From sequence record SRR20825010_448: 46,608 bases of DNA. One strand, given 5' to 3'. Positions 30,862-40,376 of the stretch are shown in pieces (the stretch's first letter is position 1; each line of letters starts with the position of its first letter). The notes beneath the pieces are model-generated. The model did not search any database. It had not been told where the DNA came from and saw only the letters and a program-made list of their open reading frames with translations. Made by a program: the position numbers and the translations under genes.

Positions 30862-32393
30862 TCCTGGTGTGGTTGATCCTGATCCCGTTTGTGGGTGGGC
30901 TGCTGTGCTGGCAGGCGGACCAGTGGGGCGATAGGGCGCCTCGCTGGATAGCGCTGGCCACCATGTTGTTTGTTCTGATCATCAGCCTGGTGCTCTGGGT
31001 AACCGGTGATTTTGCGTTGCCGGGTGAGGTCACCAGGCATTGGCTGCTGGAATGGAGAACGTCCTGGATCCCGCGTTTCGGTATTGAGATTCATCTGGCG
31101 ATGGATGGCCTGTCGCTGATCCTGGTGGCGTTGACCGGCTTCCTCGGTGCACTGGCCGTGCTCTGTTCCTGGCACGAGATTGACCACCGTGTAGGCTTCT
31201 TCCACCTTAACCTGCTGTTCATTCTCGGTGGTGTTGTGGGTGTATTCCTGGCGCTGGACCTGTTCCTGTTCTTCCTGTTCTGGGAAATGATGCTGGTGCC
31301 GATGTACTTCCTGATTGCGCTCTGGGGGCACAGCGGCTCGGCGGGGCAGACCCGGATTCGTGCCGCAACCCGATTCTTTATCTACACCCAGGCCAGTGGC
31401 CTGCTCATGCTGGTGGCGATACTCTCACTGGTGTTCGTGCATTATTCCAACACCGGCGAACTGTCTTTCAGCTACGATACCTTGCTGGGCACCGATGTTC
31501 CCGATGCGCTGGCGCCTTGGCTGATGCTGGGCTTCTTCGTCGCCTTCGCCGTGAAGCTGCCGGTGGTGCCCTTCCATGGCTGGCTTCCGGATGCCCATGC
31601 CCAGGCACCGACCGCCGGCAGTGTGGATCTGGCCGGTATCCTGTTGAAAACCGCCGCCTACGGCATCCTGCGGTTTGCGCTGCCGCTGTTCCCGGAAGAG
31701 TCCCAGGCGTTTGCGCCTGTCGCCATGACACTCGGGCTGGTGGGTATTATCTACGGTGCCGTACTGGCATGTGGCCAGCAGGACATCAAACGCCTCATCG
31801 CCTATACCAGTATTTCCCACATGGGCTTCGTGCTGATTGCCTTGTATTCAGGCTCGGAACTGGCAATTCAGGGCGCGATTATCCTCATGGTGGCCCATGC
31901 CTTCTCCAGTGCCGGGCTGTTCATCCTCAGCGGCCAACTGTATGAACGCATTCACACCCGTGACATGCGGATCATGGGCGGCTTATGGGGGCGAATTCCA
32001 ACACTGCCTGGTTTCACCTTGTGTTTCGTCGCCGCCTCCCTGGGCATGCCAGCCACGGCCAACTTCGTGGGCGAATTCATGGTGCTGTTTGGTACCTTCC
32101 CCAGCGCTCCGGTCGTCGTGGTGATTGCCAGCGTCGGGTTGGTGCTGGCGGCGATATACTCCCTGCTACTGATGCAGCGGGTGCATTATGGCCCGGAATA
32201 TCGCCAGGGCGCCCTGAAAGGACCGGACGCGCGCGAATACGGCATGATGCTGTCGCTACTTGTGCTGACGGTGGTAGTGGGGCTCTATCCTCAGCCAATA
32301 CTCGACATTACCGCACCGATAGCGGGCCCTGCAGCTGAGCTGTTTCAGCAAGCCGGAGCAGAATTGGCCAGCCGCACAGGGGAGGTGAACTGA
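30858..32393 (+). CDS. nuoM: NADH-quinone oxidoreductase subunit M
   Basis: FWEMMLVPMY, KLPVVPFHGWLPDAH and KRLIAYTSISHMG. Confidence 0.96.
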   Translation: MILVWLILIPFVGGLLCWQADQWGDRAPRWIALATMLFVLIISLVLWVTGDFALPGEVTRHWLLEWRTSWIPRFGIEIHLAMDGLSLILVALTGFLGALAVLCSWHEIDHRVGFFHLNLLFILGGVVGVFLALDLFLFFLFWEMMLVPMYFLIALWGHSGSAGQTRIRAATRFFIYTQASGLLMLVAILSLVFVHYSNTGELSFSYDTLLGTDVPDALAPWLMLGFFVAFAVKLPVVPFHGWLPDAHAQAPTAGSVDLAGILLKTAAYGILRFALPLFPEESQAFAPVAMTLGLVGIIYGAVLACGQQDIKRLIAYTSISHMGFVLIALYSGSELAIQGAIILMVAHAFSSAGLFILSGQLYERIHTRDMRIMGGLWGRIPTLPGFTLCFVAASLGMPATANFVGEFMVLFGTFPSAPVVVVIASVGLVLAAIYSLLLMQRVHYGPEYRQGALKGPDAREYGMMLSLLVLTVVVGLYPQPILDITAPIAGPAAELFQQAGAELASRTGEVN

Positions 32394-33835
32394 TGCTGAC
32401 CCTGGCAAATCTGGTTGCACTCATACCACTGATCGTCGCTGGCGCCACTGCGGTGATCGTTATGCTTGGCGTGGCCTGGCAGCGGCACCATGGCGCCACG
32501 GCGTTGGTTTCGGCCGCCGGGCTGGTATTGGCTCTGGCCTGCGTGCCTTTAGCCTCCACAGCGTTGTCGTCACCGCCACTGATGACGATGGATGGGCTGG
32601 CGTTAATGGGCAGTGTGCTGGTACTGCTGTGTGCGCTGGTCACGGTCGCCCTGAGTCATCATTATCTGACCGGTTACATCGGCCCCAAAGAAGAGTTTTA
32701 CCTGCTGCTTCTGTGTGCGGTGACCGGTGCACTGGGGCTGGTGGCCAGCGACCATCTGGCGACCCTTTTCATCAGCCTTGAACTGTTGTCGATGCCTCTC
32801 TACGGCATGTTGGCCTACAGCTTTCGGGCAGAACGGTCCCTGGAGGCCGGCATCAAGTATCTGGTTCTGTCTGCGGCCGCGACGGCGTTTCTGTTGTTTG
32901 GCATGGCGTTGATCTATGCCCGCACCGGGCGTCTCGACCTGGCGGGCCTGGCGACCGGGCTGGCAAACACTTCCGATGCATGGACGCTGGCCGGGGCTGT
33001 GCTGATGCTGGTGGGGCTTGGCTTCAAGCTCTCCATCGTTCCCTTTCATCTCTGGACGCCGGACGTTTATCAGGGCGGGCCAGCGCCGGCCACCATTTTC
33101 CTGGCCACGGTCAGCAAGCTGTCGGTGTTCGTGCTGCTTCTGCGTCTGGTGACAGCTGCGCCGGTATTCAACAGCGACTGGTTGAATACACTGATCACGC
33201 TGTTGGCCCTGCTTACCATGTTGGGGGGCAACCTGTTGGCGTTGTTCCAATCCAACCTGAAACGTCTGCTTGGCTATTCCTCCATTGCCCACTTTGGTTA
33301 CCTGATGGTAGCCATCGTTGCAGGTGGGGCGATGGCTGTAGAAACCGTGGGGGTTTATCTGGTGACCTACCTGGTTACCACACTGGCTGCTTTCGGGGTG
33401 GTTACCCAACTGTCCAGCCCGTTCAGCGGTGAAGACGCCGCCGGACTGCATTTTTACCGTGGGCTGTTCTGGCGCCGCCCGTGGCTGGCTGCGGTGATGA
33501 CTGTGAGCTTCCTGTCCCTGGCCGGCATTCCGCTTACTGCAGGCTTTATCGGCAAGTTCTATGTGTTGGCACTGGGGGTTGCCGACAGCCGCTGGTGGCT
33601 GGTAGGCGGTATCGTCGCAGGCAGCGCCATTGGCCTGTTCTACTACCTGAGGGTGATGGTCACCCTGTACCTGCCGGAACCCGGCATGCGCCGGATGGAC
33701 GCCACCAACGACTGGGGCAACCGCATCGGCGGGTTGACGCTGCTGGTCGTGGCCGTATTGATCCTGGTGTTGGGCGTTTATCCCTCGCCGATGATCCAGT
33801 GGGTGGTGGGGCTGTCAACCGGAGTTGTGTCATGA
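32393..33835 (+). CDS. nuoN: NADH-quinone oxidoreductase subunit N
   Basis: EAGIKY, FKLSIVPFHLWTPDVYQG, KRLLGYSSIAH and SLAGIP..GFIGK. Confidence 0.96.
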   Translation: MLTLANLVALIPLIVAGATAVIVMLGVAWQRHHGATALVSAAGLVLALACVPLASTALSSPPLMTMDGLALMGSVLVLLCALVTVALSHHYLTGYIGPKEEFYLLLLCAVTGALGLVASDHLATLFISLELLSMPLYGMLAYSFRAERSLEAGIKYLVLSAAATAFLLFGMALIYARTGRLDLAGLATGLANTSDAWTLAGAVLMLVGLGFKLSIVPFHLWTPDVYQGGPAPATIFLATVSKLSVFVLLLRLVTAAPVFNSDWLNTLITLLALLTMLGGNLLALFQSNLKRLLGYSSIAHFGYLMVAIVAGGAMAVETVGVYLVTYLVTTLAAFGVVTQLSSPFSGEDAAGLHFYRGLFWRRPWLAAVMTVSFLSLAGIPLTAGFIGKFYVLALGVADSRWWLVGGIVAGSAIGLFYYLRVMVTLYLPEPGMRRMDATNDWGNRIGGLTLLVVAVLILVLGVYPSPMIQWVVGLSTGVVS

Positions 33836-33858
33836 CTTCACAGCGGTTTCTCTGATTT

Positions 33859-33897
33859 TGACAATTTCCTTATAAAACCCCGACAAAGATCTGATAA
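33859..33897 (+). promoter_or_regulatory. Four direct repeats at 11-bp period (TGACAA-like); candidate OmpR-family operator
   Basis: tgacaatttcc ttataaaaccc cgacaaagatc tgataa, upstream of the response regulator. Confidence 0.55.
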
Positions 33898-33987
33898 TAG
33901 GCTGCTAACCTATTCGCTCAGTAATGATTGATGGTTTCAGGCAAGAGGGTAAACGAACACCCTTCAACACTAATGGAATTCGATGGA

Positions 33988-34710
33988 ATGACAGTTGATA
34001 GACCGCCCCTTAGACTGCTGATAGTGGAAGATCAGGTAGACCTTGCGGAAAATCTTTTCGAGTTCCTGGGGGAAGATCGCTATTGCCTCGACTTTGCTGC
34101 CGATGGTTTGACCGCATTGCATTTGCTGGCCACGCAAAGCTACGACGTCATCGTTCTCGACCTGATGCTACCCGGTGTTAACGGTTTTGATGTTTGCCGG
34201 CGTATTCGCGAGGATTTGCGATGCCAGACCCCCATTATTCTAATGACCTCCCTCAGTGCGTTGAACGACAAGGAAAAAGGGTTCGATTGCGGTGCGGATG
34301 ACTATCTCGTGAAGCCGTTTGAGCTGAGGGAATTGCAGCTGAGAATCGAGGCGCTTCACCGTCGCCATTCACCGCTGAAACCGGTATTGCAGGCTGGAGA
34401 GATCCGATTTGACCCTGGCACTCTGGAAGTTGAGTTGCATGGGCTGAAAACAACTCTGTCTGGCACATCGTCACGATTGTTCGAACTGCTGATGCGAGCT
34501 TATCCAAACTTTCTTGGCCATACGACATTGACGGATGCCTTATGGGGTGGCGCTCGTTATGGAGACGCGGAGGGAAACAACTTGCGGACTCAGGTCTACA
34601 CTCTCAGGAAATGCTTACAGGGGAGCCTTGGTAACGACCTGATAAAAACGATACACGGCAGGGGTTACCGACTGGAGTCACCGAAAGATACAGATCCCAA
34701 TACACCATGA
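33988..34710 (+). CDS. OmpR-family response regulator (ColR-like)
   Basis: LLIVED, LDLMLPG (phospho-Asp), GADDYLVKPF and wHTH IKTIHGRGY. The start is uncertain (33973 or 33988). Confidence 0.92.
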   Translation: MTVDRPPLRLLIVEDQVDLAENLFEFLGEDRYCLDFAADGLTALHLLATQSYDVIVLDLMLPGVNGFDVCRRIREDLRCQTPIILMTSLSALNDKEKGFDCGADDYLVKPFELRELQLRIEALHRRHSPLKPVLQAGEIRFDPGTLEVELHGLKTTLSGTSSRLFELLMRAYPNFLGHTTLTDALWGGARYGDAEGNNLRTQVYTLRKCLQGSLGNDLIKTIHGRGYRLESPKDTDPNTP

Positions 34711-35996
34711 AATCATCACTGACCGCCCGACTGACGGGAACCCTGTTCGTCCTGATTGCCGCTACTGCAGCGGCATCAATGTTCATTGTTGAGCAGTTTG
34801 TTGATGACATTGAAGACACCATTCTGGGCCTTGAGCTAAAGGCAGACGCGGACTATTTCAAGCAGCAGCTTCTCGAGGATGAATTCCGGCCTGTAAAAAC
34901 GGGGCGCCTGGAGGCAGTTTTTCTACCGGAAGGCGCGGAGGAATCGGTTCTGCCGGACTATTTCCAAGGGCGCACCCTGCCATTCTCCCGGGAAGTCGAG
35001 GTGGGTGAGACAACGCTGTTGATTGTCGGCGAACAACTGAATGAACCCGGTGGTAAACTTTTCCTGGCCCAGGATATTACTATCATGGAGAACCGTGAAT
35101 TCCTGGTTCAGCTTGTGCTGGTTGGTGTGGCGGCTGGTATGCTTCTGGTCGGCTATTTTATTGCCCGTGTGGGTGCCCGCTATCTGGTACGTCCTTTCAA
35201 GAAGTTGACCCGCGAGGTACTGGGCACGGAGCCCGGATCTTCCATGCCGAGAATTGCCACCCACTATCGCGACCAGGAGTTTTGCGACATTGCCGAAGCA
35301 TTCAACCGTTTCCTCTCAGAGCTTGAAAAACATATCGAACGGGAAAAGTCGTTTGTGAAGCTTGCCAGCCATGAGCTTCGCACGCCTCTGGCAGTGATGG
35401 GCGGTGCGCTGAACGTACTGGAACAGCGCCAAAGCCTTTCGGAGGCTGATCAGAAAACTTTGGGGCGCCTCCGTCGGGCAATGCAAACAATGCGCGATGA
35501 TACAGAAGTTCTGCTGGAACTGGCCCGCAGTGAGGCTTCCAGCGACGATGCAAGGATCATCGTGGTGAAGGACATCATCCGGAATACGATTGATGATCTG
35601 GAACATGGGCATCCGGGGCAGGGCGGTCGCATCACGATATTCGATGACAGTCCGGATCTCAGGATTAGAACCCACCCTATACTGGTGCGCATGTTGCTGC
35701 GGAACCTTTTGCAGAATGCGCTGCGTCACACCCAGTCTCCTGTTGAAGTTCACATCCTGTGGAACGGGATCCTGATAAAAGACTTCGGTTCAGGTCTTCC
35801 TGAAACCGTAGTGGAGACTCTGAGGTTATCGAATGAGCCCAGGGGCGCCGTATCGAAAACAGGCCAACTCAACAACACAACGTTCGGATTGCTCATTGTT
35901 CGCCTGGTATGTGAGCGATTGGGTTGGGGGATCAGAGTTGCCCAATCAGATGACCGGGGCACCGAGTTTCTGATTGAGATTGATAACCGGATTTGA
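34707..35996 (+). CDS. Sensor histidine kinase (ColS-like)
   Basis: Two TM segments, HAMP, H-box SHELRTPL, N-box NLLQNALRH and G1 DFGSG; ATGA overlap with the regulator. Confidence 0.9.
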   Translation: MKSSLTARLTGTLFVLIAATAAASMFIVEQFVDDIEDTILGLELKADADYFKQQLLEDEFRPVKTGRLEAVFLPEGAEESVLPDYFQGRTLPFSREVEVGETTLLIVGEQLNEPGGKLFLAQDITIMENREFLVQLVLVGVAAGMLLVGYFIARVGARYLVRPFKKLTREVLGTEPGSSMPRIATHYRDQEFCDIAEAFNRFLSELEKHIEREKSFVKLASHELRTPLAVMGGALNVLEQRQSLSEADQKTLGRLRRAMQTMRDDTEVLLELARSEASSDDARIIVVKDIIRNTIDDLEHGHPGQGGRITIFDDSPDLRIRTHPILVRMLLRNLLQNALRHTQSPVEVHILWNGILIKDFGSGLPETVVETLRLSNEPRGAVSKTGQLNNTTFGLLIVRLVCERLGWGIRVAQSDDRGTEFLIEIDNRI

Positions 35997-36017
35997 TGGT
36001 TTGTCGCTTCATTCTCG

Positions 36018-38036
36018 CTAATCATGATTGGGCCCTGACGATATACCGGGTAGACCATACGAGCGATTGCTATAGAGTTTTAACGGCAGCAGAGCATGGG
36101 CAAGGGCTTTGTTGAACAGGGTTTCGGACGAAGCCTTTTGCAAGTATTGGGTCTGCCCTCGTTCTTTGGAGTAAACGCCGGCCAGAGGTGGCTGGTCGGG
36201 GCGTAGCACCGTCACGTTAAAGTGGTTGTCCATCCAGGCGTAGTAATCATTGAACTGCATCATTGCCCGACCAGGTGCGTCCGGAAATGCAGCCAGGTCG
36301 CGACCGACCAGGGGATGTTCGCTGGTGATACCCATGAGAGACAGCAGCGTTGGCGCCAGGTCGATCTGGCTGGTGATTGTCTGGATTCTCCGGCCTTCAA
36401 TGTCTGCCCCCAGAATCAACCCCGGAATCTGGAAATTCTTGATAGGCACCAGTTCATCACCCCAAACCCTGGCGTCATGGTCGGCCACAATCAGAAACAG
36501 CGTATCCTTCCAGTAATCGCTGTTGCGAGCAGATTCCATGAATTCACCCAGGGCGTGATCCGCGTATTTGACGGCATTGTTGACGGTGTTTTTCTCGTCG
36601 TCGTATGGCTCAATACGTCCGTCAGGAAACTCAAACGGCGTGTGGTTGGAGGATGAAAAAACCAGACGGAAAAAAGGTTTCCCCGAGGTATGCAGTTGCT
36701 TCAGCTCTTCATGGGTTTTTTCAAATAGATCTTCATCGCTGACGCCCCAGCTTCCGGTAAAACTCGGATCGGTGTAGTCCTGCTGGTCGACAATCGTGTC
36801 GAAGCCATTACCGGTGAAAAAGCTGCGCATGTTGTCAAAGTGGGCCTCTCCTCCATAGATGAAGCCCGTGTCATAGCCTTTTCTTTTCAGCAGCTCGCCG
36901 AGGGTAAAGAAGTCGATCTGGGACAGGGATAGTTTCACCACGCTGCGTGCGGGAGACGGCAGGAAGCCTGAAACGACGGCTTCGATGCCCCGCACGGATC
37001 TTGTGCCGGTGGCATACAGGTTTTCGAACCACCAGCCAGAATCTTTCAGAGCCTCCAGATGTGGGGTAACGGGTGTTCCACCGAGCGATTCCACAAAAGT
37101 CGCACCCAGGCTTTCCTCAAGCACGATCACCAGATTGAGCGGGCGTGATCGTGTCCGGGCCGGGGTTTGGTGATGCAGCGTTGGAAACCGGTCTGACTCG
37201 AATTCGGCGTTGCTCAGCCATGGTTCGTTCCGTACTTCGTCTAGAATACGGGACATAGCCATGGAACCGTAATTATCGCTGGCCTCTGCCTCGTGTTTAA
37301 GGTTGTAGATCGCAAACGCCACGGACCAGGTCGAATTAAGAATCAGCGAGTTCACCAATGCATCGGAGGTTAGCGCAAACATGGCGGGATTCGCCGGCCG
37401 GTGGCCTGTTGTGGATCGAACGCTTATAAATACCAGGAGCACGACAATTGGCCATACCATTAAAGCTTTGCGGTAATGGCCAGGTTTGGCTTCCTTCAGC
37501 CATGGTCTCATCAGCCGGGCGAACAGCCATGTCAGAGTAATAACAATCAGGGTGCCCAGGACGACAGTGGTCAAATAGCCCTCCCAAAGCATGCTCAGTA
37601 CTTCCCTGGGATAATTCAGATATTCGATAAACAGCCGATTGGGGCGAACATCGTATTCGGCTATGAAAGTCGGGGTAGACAATTCCATGAAGAGGAACGT
37701 GCCAACCACGACCAGTGCCCAGAGAAAAGTAAGACGCTTCCAGACCGCCCAGCAATACTTATGGCCCAGAACCGGAAGGAGCAGCACCAATGGCGCCACG
37801 ACCATGCCGGCCATGATCAGATCCACCCGCAGGCCGTGAAGAAAAATATCGGGCCAGACGGACGTCGTCTCGACCCGATCAAATTGCCAGGCCACCAACA
37901 AGGACCGGGACAGTCCTCCGATGAGAAGAATGGTGCAAAACAGCATGAGTATTGGTGCATAGGCGCCGGCCCATCTGAACCAGCGATACACACATTCAGG
38001 CAGTGAAACGTTCCTTGCCGGCGATGAGGTAGGCAT
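36018..38036 (-). CDS. LTA synthase family (alkaline phosphatase/sulfatase superfamily) membrane phosphotransferase
   Basis: Five N-terminal TM segments, then metal-site motifs NLVIVLEES, TGTRSVRG, SNHTPF and VADH. Confidence 0.87.
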   Translation of the reverse strand: MPTSSPARNVSLPECVYRWFRWAGAYAPILMLFCTILLIGGLSRSLLVAWQFDRVETTSVWPDIFLHGLRVDLIMAGMVVAPLVLLLPVLGHKYCWAVWKRLTFLWALVVVGTFLFMELSTPTFIAEYDVRPNRLFIEYLNYPREVLSMLWEGYLTTVVLGTLIVITLTWLFARLMRPWLKEAKPGHYRKALMVWPIVVLLVFISVRSTTGHRPANPAMFALTSDALVNSLILNSTWSVAFAIYNLKHEAEASDNYGSMAMSRILDEVRNEPWLSNAEFESDRFPTLHHQTPARTRSRPLNLVIVLEESLGATFVESLGGTPVTPHLEALKDSGWWFENLYATGTRSVRGIEAVVSGFLPSPARSVVKLSLSQIDFFTLGELLKRKGYDTGFIYGGEAHFDNMRSFFTGNGFDTIVDQQDYTDPSFTGSWGVSDEDLFEKTHEELKQLHTSGKPFFRLVFSSSNHTPFEFPDGRIEPYDDEKNTVNNAVKYADHALGEFMESARNSDYWKDTLFLIVADHDARVWGDELVPIKNFQIPGLILGADIEGRRIQTITSQIDLAPTLLSLMGITSEHPLVGRDLAAFPDAPGRAMMQFNDYYAWMDNHFNVTVLRPDQPPLAGVYSKERGQTQYLQKASSETLFNKALAHALLPLKLYSNRSYGLPGISSGPNHD

Positions 38037-38100
38037 AACAGGACTCTACGTTGAGGGAACACTCTGTGGGCTGAGTAATGGAAACGTAGAGTAAGGGATG

Positions 38101-38141
38101 GTTTGTCAGTTTCAGGTCAGGGAATTGTCAGATATTCGTCA
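38101..38141 (-). promoter_or_regulatory. Four TGAC direct repeats at exact 11-bp period upstream of the LTA synthase-family gene
   Basis: Plus-strand gtca at 38105, 38116, 38127 and 38138. The sense strand reads tgacgaatatc tgacaattccc tgacctgaaac tgacaaac. Confidence 0.65.
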
Positions 38142-38183
38142 AATTCTGCCTCCGGATTATTGATCGCTAAACGGTTCACCTGC

Positions 38184-39350
38184 CTATTTGCCCAGCAATT
38201 CACCCACTGGGCGCAGATTGACGACATGGTCGCACAGGGATTTGACGATCATCAGGATTGGAGTGGCAACCACAAGTCCTACGGGGCCCCAAAGCCAGCC
38301 CCAGAACAGCAGGCCGATAAAAATGGCGACCGCGTTGAGGCTGGAAATATGGCTGGTAAGCCAGGGTGTCAGCAGGTAGCCCTGAACGCTGGTGATGGCC
38401 AGCGACGTACCGGCAACGATGATCGACATCTCCAATTCGCCAAACTGGATGAAGGCGGCCACACCCGTGCCCATAAGCACCAGGAACGGCCCCAGATAGG
38501 GCACAGCACTGGCGATGCCCGCCAGAACACCCCAAAAGCCGGCCTGTTCAACACCCAATGCCAAAAACGCCAGCCAGGTCAGCACGCCCACAAATACGGC
38601 ACCGACAAACATCACAAACAGGAACTGCCGTACGCTGCGATGGAACTCGTTCATGATTCGGGCGGCCTTGCGCATTCGAGCGAAGGATGGCCCGGATATT
38701 TTGACGATCTTGCGTCTGTACAGTGAGCCAATGGCGAGCACGAAATACACCAGCAACAACGCCGAGAAGCACTGGGAAATCAGCACCAGCGCCGCCGGGG
38801 AACCCTGAAGTACGTAATCTTTAATCTCGAGGGGTTCGTCCACCACGCGCACGGGTGTTGCACCCGATTGGGCGGCGTCTCCGTTGCCCTGATCGGGGCT
38901 GGCGGTGGCTTCAATTTTCTTCGCGGCGGATTGCGCTTTTTCCATCATGCTTTCCCCGTCCTTGGGGCGGCTGGCTTCATTCTGCTGAAACTGTTCGATG
39001 GCCACCGGTATCTTGTCCAGCATAGCCATGGCTTCCTGCTTCAGGGGAATACTGGCTCCGGCGATGATACCTATAAGCAGAATCAACACCACAGCCGCCG
39101 CCAGTGGGCGGGGTACTTTCAACCGACTGATTGTGGCGACGAGGGGTTCAAGGGCGTAGCTGATTAACACCGCCACCACCAGTGGTAAAAGAACCGCCTG
39201 GGCCCAGTCAATAAAGTAAAGGGTTGCGATACTTGTGAGTGTGATCAGCGACATGCTGCGCATGTTGATGGCGTCAATCAGCGCCTGACTGTTCTGGGTG
39301 TTGCTGTCTGCTCCTGACTCCTCACGCTTTGTCTTTTCACCGTTCTCCAT
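38184..39350 (-). CDS. AI-2E family transporter
   Basis: LISYALEP, VPYLG, LTPWL and FWGWLWGPVGLVVATP motifs. Confidence 0.88.
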   Translation of the reverse strand: MENGEKTKREESGADSNTQNSQALIDAINMRSMSLITLTSIATLYFIDWAQAVLLPLVVAVLISYALEPLVATISRLKVPRPLAAAVVLILLIGIIAGASIPLKQEAMAMLDKIPVAIEQFQQNEASRPKDGESMMEKAQSAAKKIEATASPDQGNGDAAQSGATPVRVVDEPLEIKDYVLQGSPAALVLISQCFSALLLVYFVLAIGSLYRRKIVKISGPSFARMRKAARIMNEFHRSVRQFLFVMFVGAVFVGVLTWLAFLALGVEQAGFWGVLAGIASAVPYLGPFLVLMGTGVAAFIQFGELEMSIIVAGTSLAITSVQGYLLTPWLTSHISSLNAVAIFIGLLFWGWLWGPVGLVVATPILMIVKSLCDHVVNLRPVGELLGK

Positions 39351-40161
39351 GGGAGATTGCCTCCGTGTCTAATCGGTAAAACCGTTGCAACGCTTCGTAA
39401 ACCTCCGGCTGTTCCGCTTTCAGGTGCTCCGGTTGTTGGTAAAAGGCTTCCGTCAGCACGGCAAAAAACTCGGCGGGTTCGGTGGCGCCGTATGGGTCCA
39501 GCCAGGGCTTCTGGTGATGTTGAAGCGACTGTCTCAAGTGTTCATAGGCCTGGGTCATCGTTTGCTGCCAGTGTTTTGCCTGTTCGCCACTGAGTGGCGG
39601 AGCACCGTCCGCAGTGCCGTCCAGATAGTCCAGCTGGTGGGCGAATTCGTGAAGAATGACGTTATGGTGCCCACCAGGGTTGACTGCTCCTTCCTCGCAC
39701 TGTGTCCAGGCCAGAACCACCTGTCCGTAACTTGAGGCTTCACCCGCACGAATCTCATTACTCTCGCTCACCACCAGGCCATCATGCTCAATATCCCTGA
39801 CACGATAGGCATCCGGATAGACCAGAATACTGCGGATGTCGTCGAAGTCAGAATAGCTGCGGTTCATGATGAGCAGGCAGGCATGTCCCGCGATGGTCAG
39901 GCGCACGGTATCGTTCACCTCGAACCCATCGCAGCCGTAAAAAGACTTTTCCGCCAGGAACAACTGTACATGTTGTTCCAGCTGTCGCTTCAGCTTGGCC
40001 GGCAACCCGGGGAACAGGGGCACCTGAGACTCGAGTGTCGCACGCCAGGTTTCCGGAAAAGGGGTCTGAAGCTGTCTCTCGCGGCGCCAGTTGCGGTAGA
40101 AAAACAGATAGAAAACCGAGGCGGCAATCACGGACAGCGCGCAGAGAGTGTAGATCAGCAT
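39337..40161 (-). CDS. mtfA: Zinc-dependent peptidase, MtfA (M90) family
   Basis: NVILHEFAHQLD zinc motif, DPYGAT.PAEFFAV.TEAF and ILVYP; N-terminal hydrophobic helix. Confidence 0.87.
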   Translation of the reverse strand: MLIYTLCALSVIAASVFYLFFYRNWRRERQLQTPFPETWRATLESQVPLFPGLPAKLKRQLEQHVQLFLAEKSFYGCDGFEVNDTVRLTIAGHACLLIMNRSYSDFDDIRSILVYPDAYRVRDIEHDGLVVSESNEIRAGEASSYGQVVLAWTQCEEGAVNPGGHHNVILHEFAHQLDYLDGTADGAPPLSGEQAKHWQQTMTQAYEHLRQSLQHHQKPWLDPYGATEPAEFFAVLTEAFYQQPEHLKAEQPEVYEALQRFYRLDTEAISHGER

Positions 40162-40376
40162 GGGCAAGATTCCGAGGCCGTATGGTGATTTGACATTTTA
40201 GTTCAGTTTGCTAATTAAATAGGTGTTGGGTAGCAATATTCCCACAGTGCGATTGAATTCTGATGCCGTTCATCATAGGGGGTTGTCGGGCGGCCGTCAG
40301 GGAACTTTTCGTTACTTCCTATCAGTAGTGGCCACCAGGTCGTTCCGTGGCATGGAAGCATAAAGGAATCTGCTCC

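Noticed and set aside
38101-38141. Classical Pho box reading of the gtca repeats
   Set aside because: The TGTCA strand is antisense to the adjacent downstream gene, and a matching array precedes the local regulator, so the local regulator is the simpler explanation. PhoB binding is not excluded.
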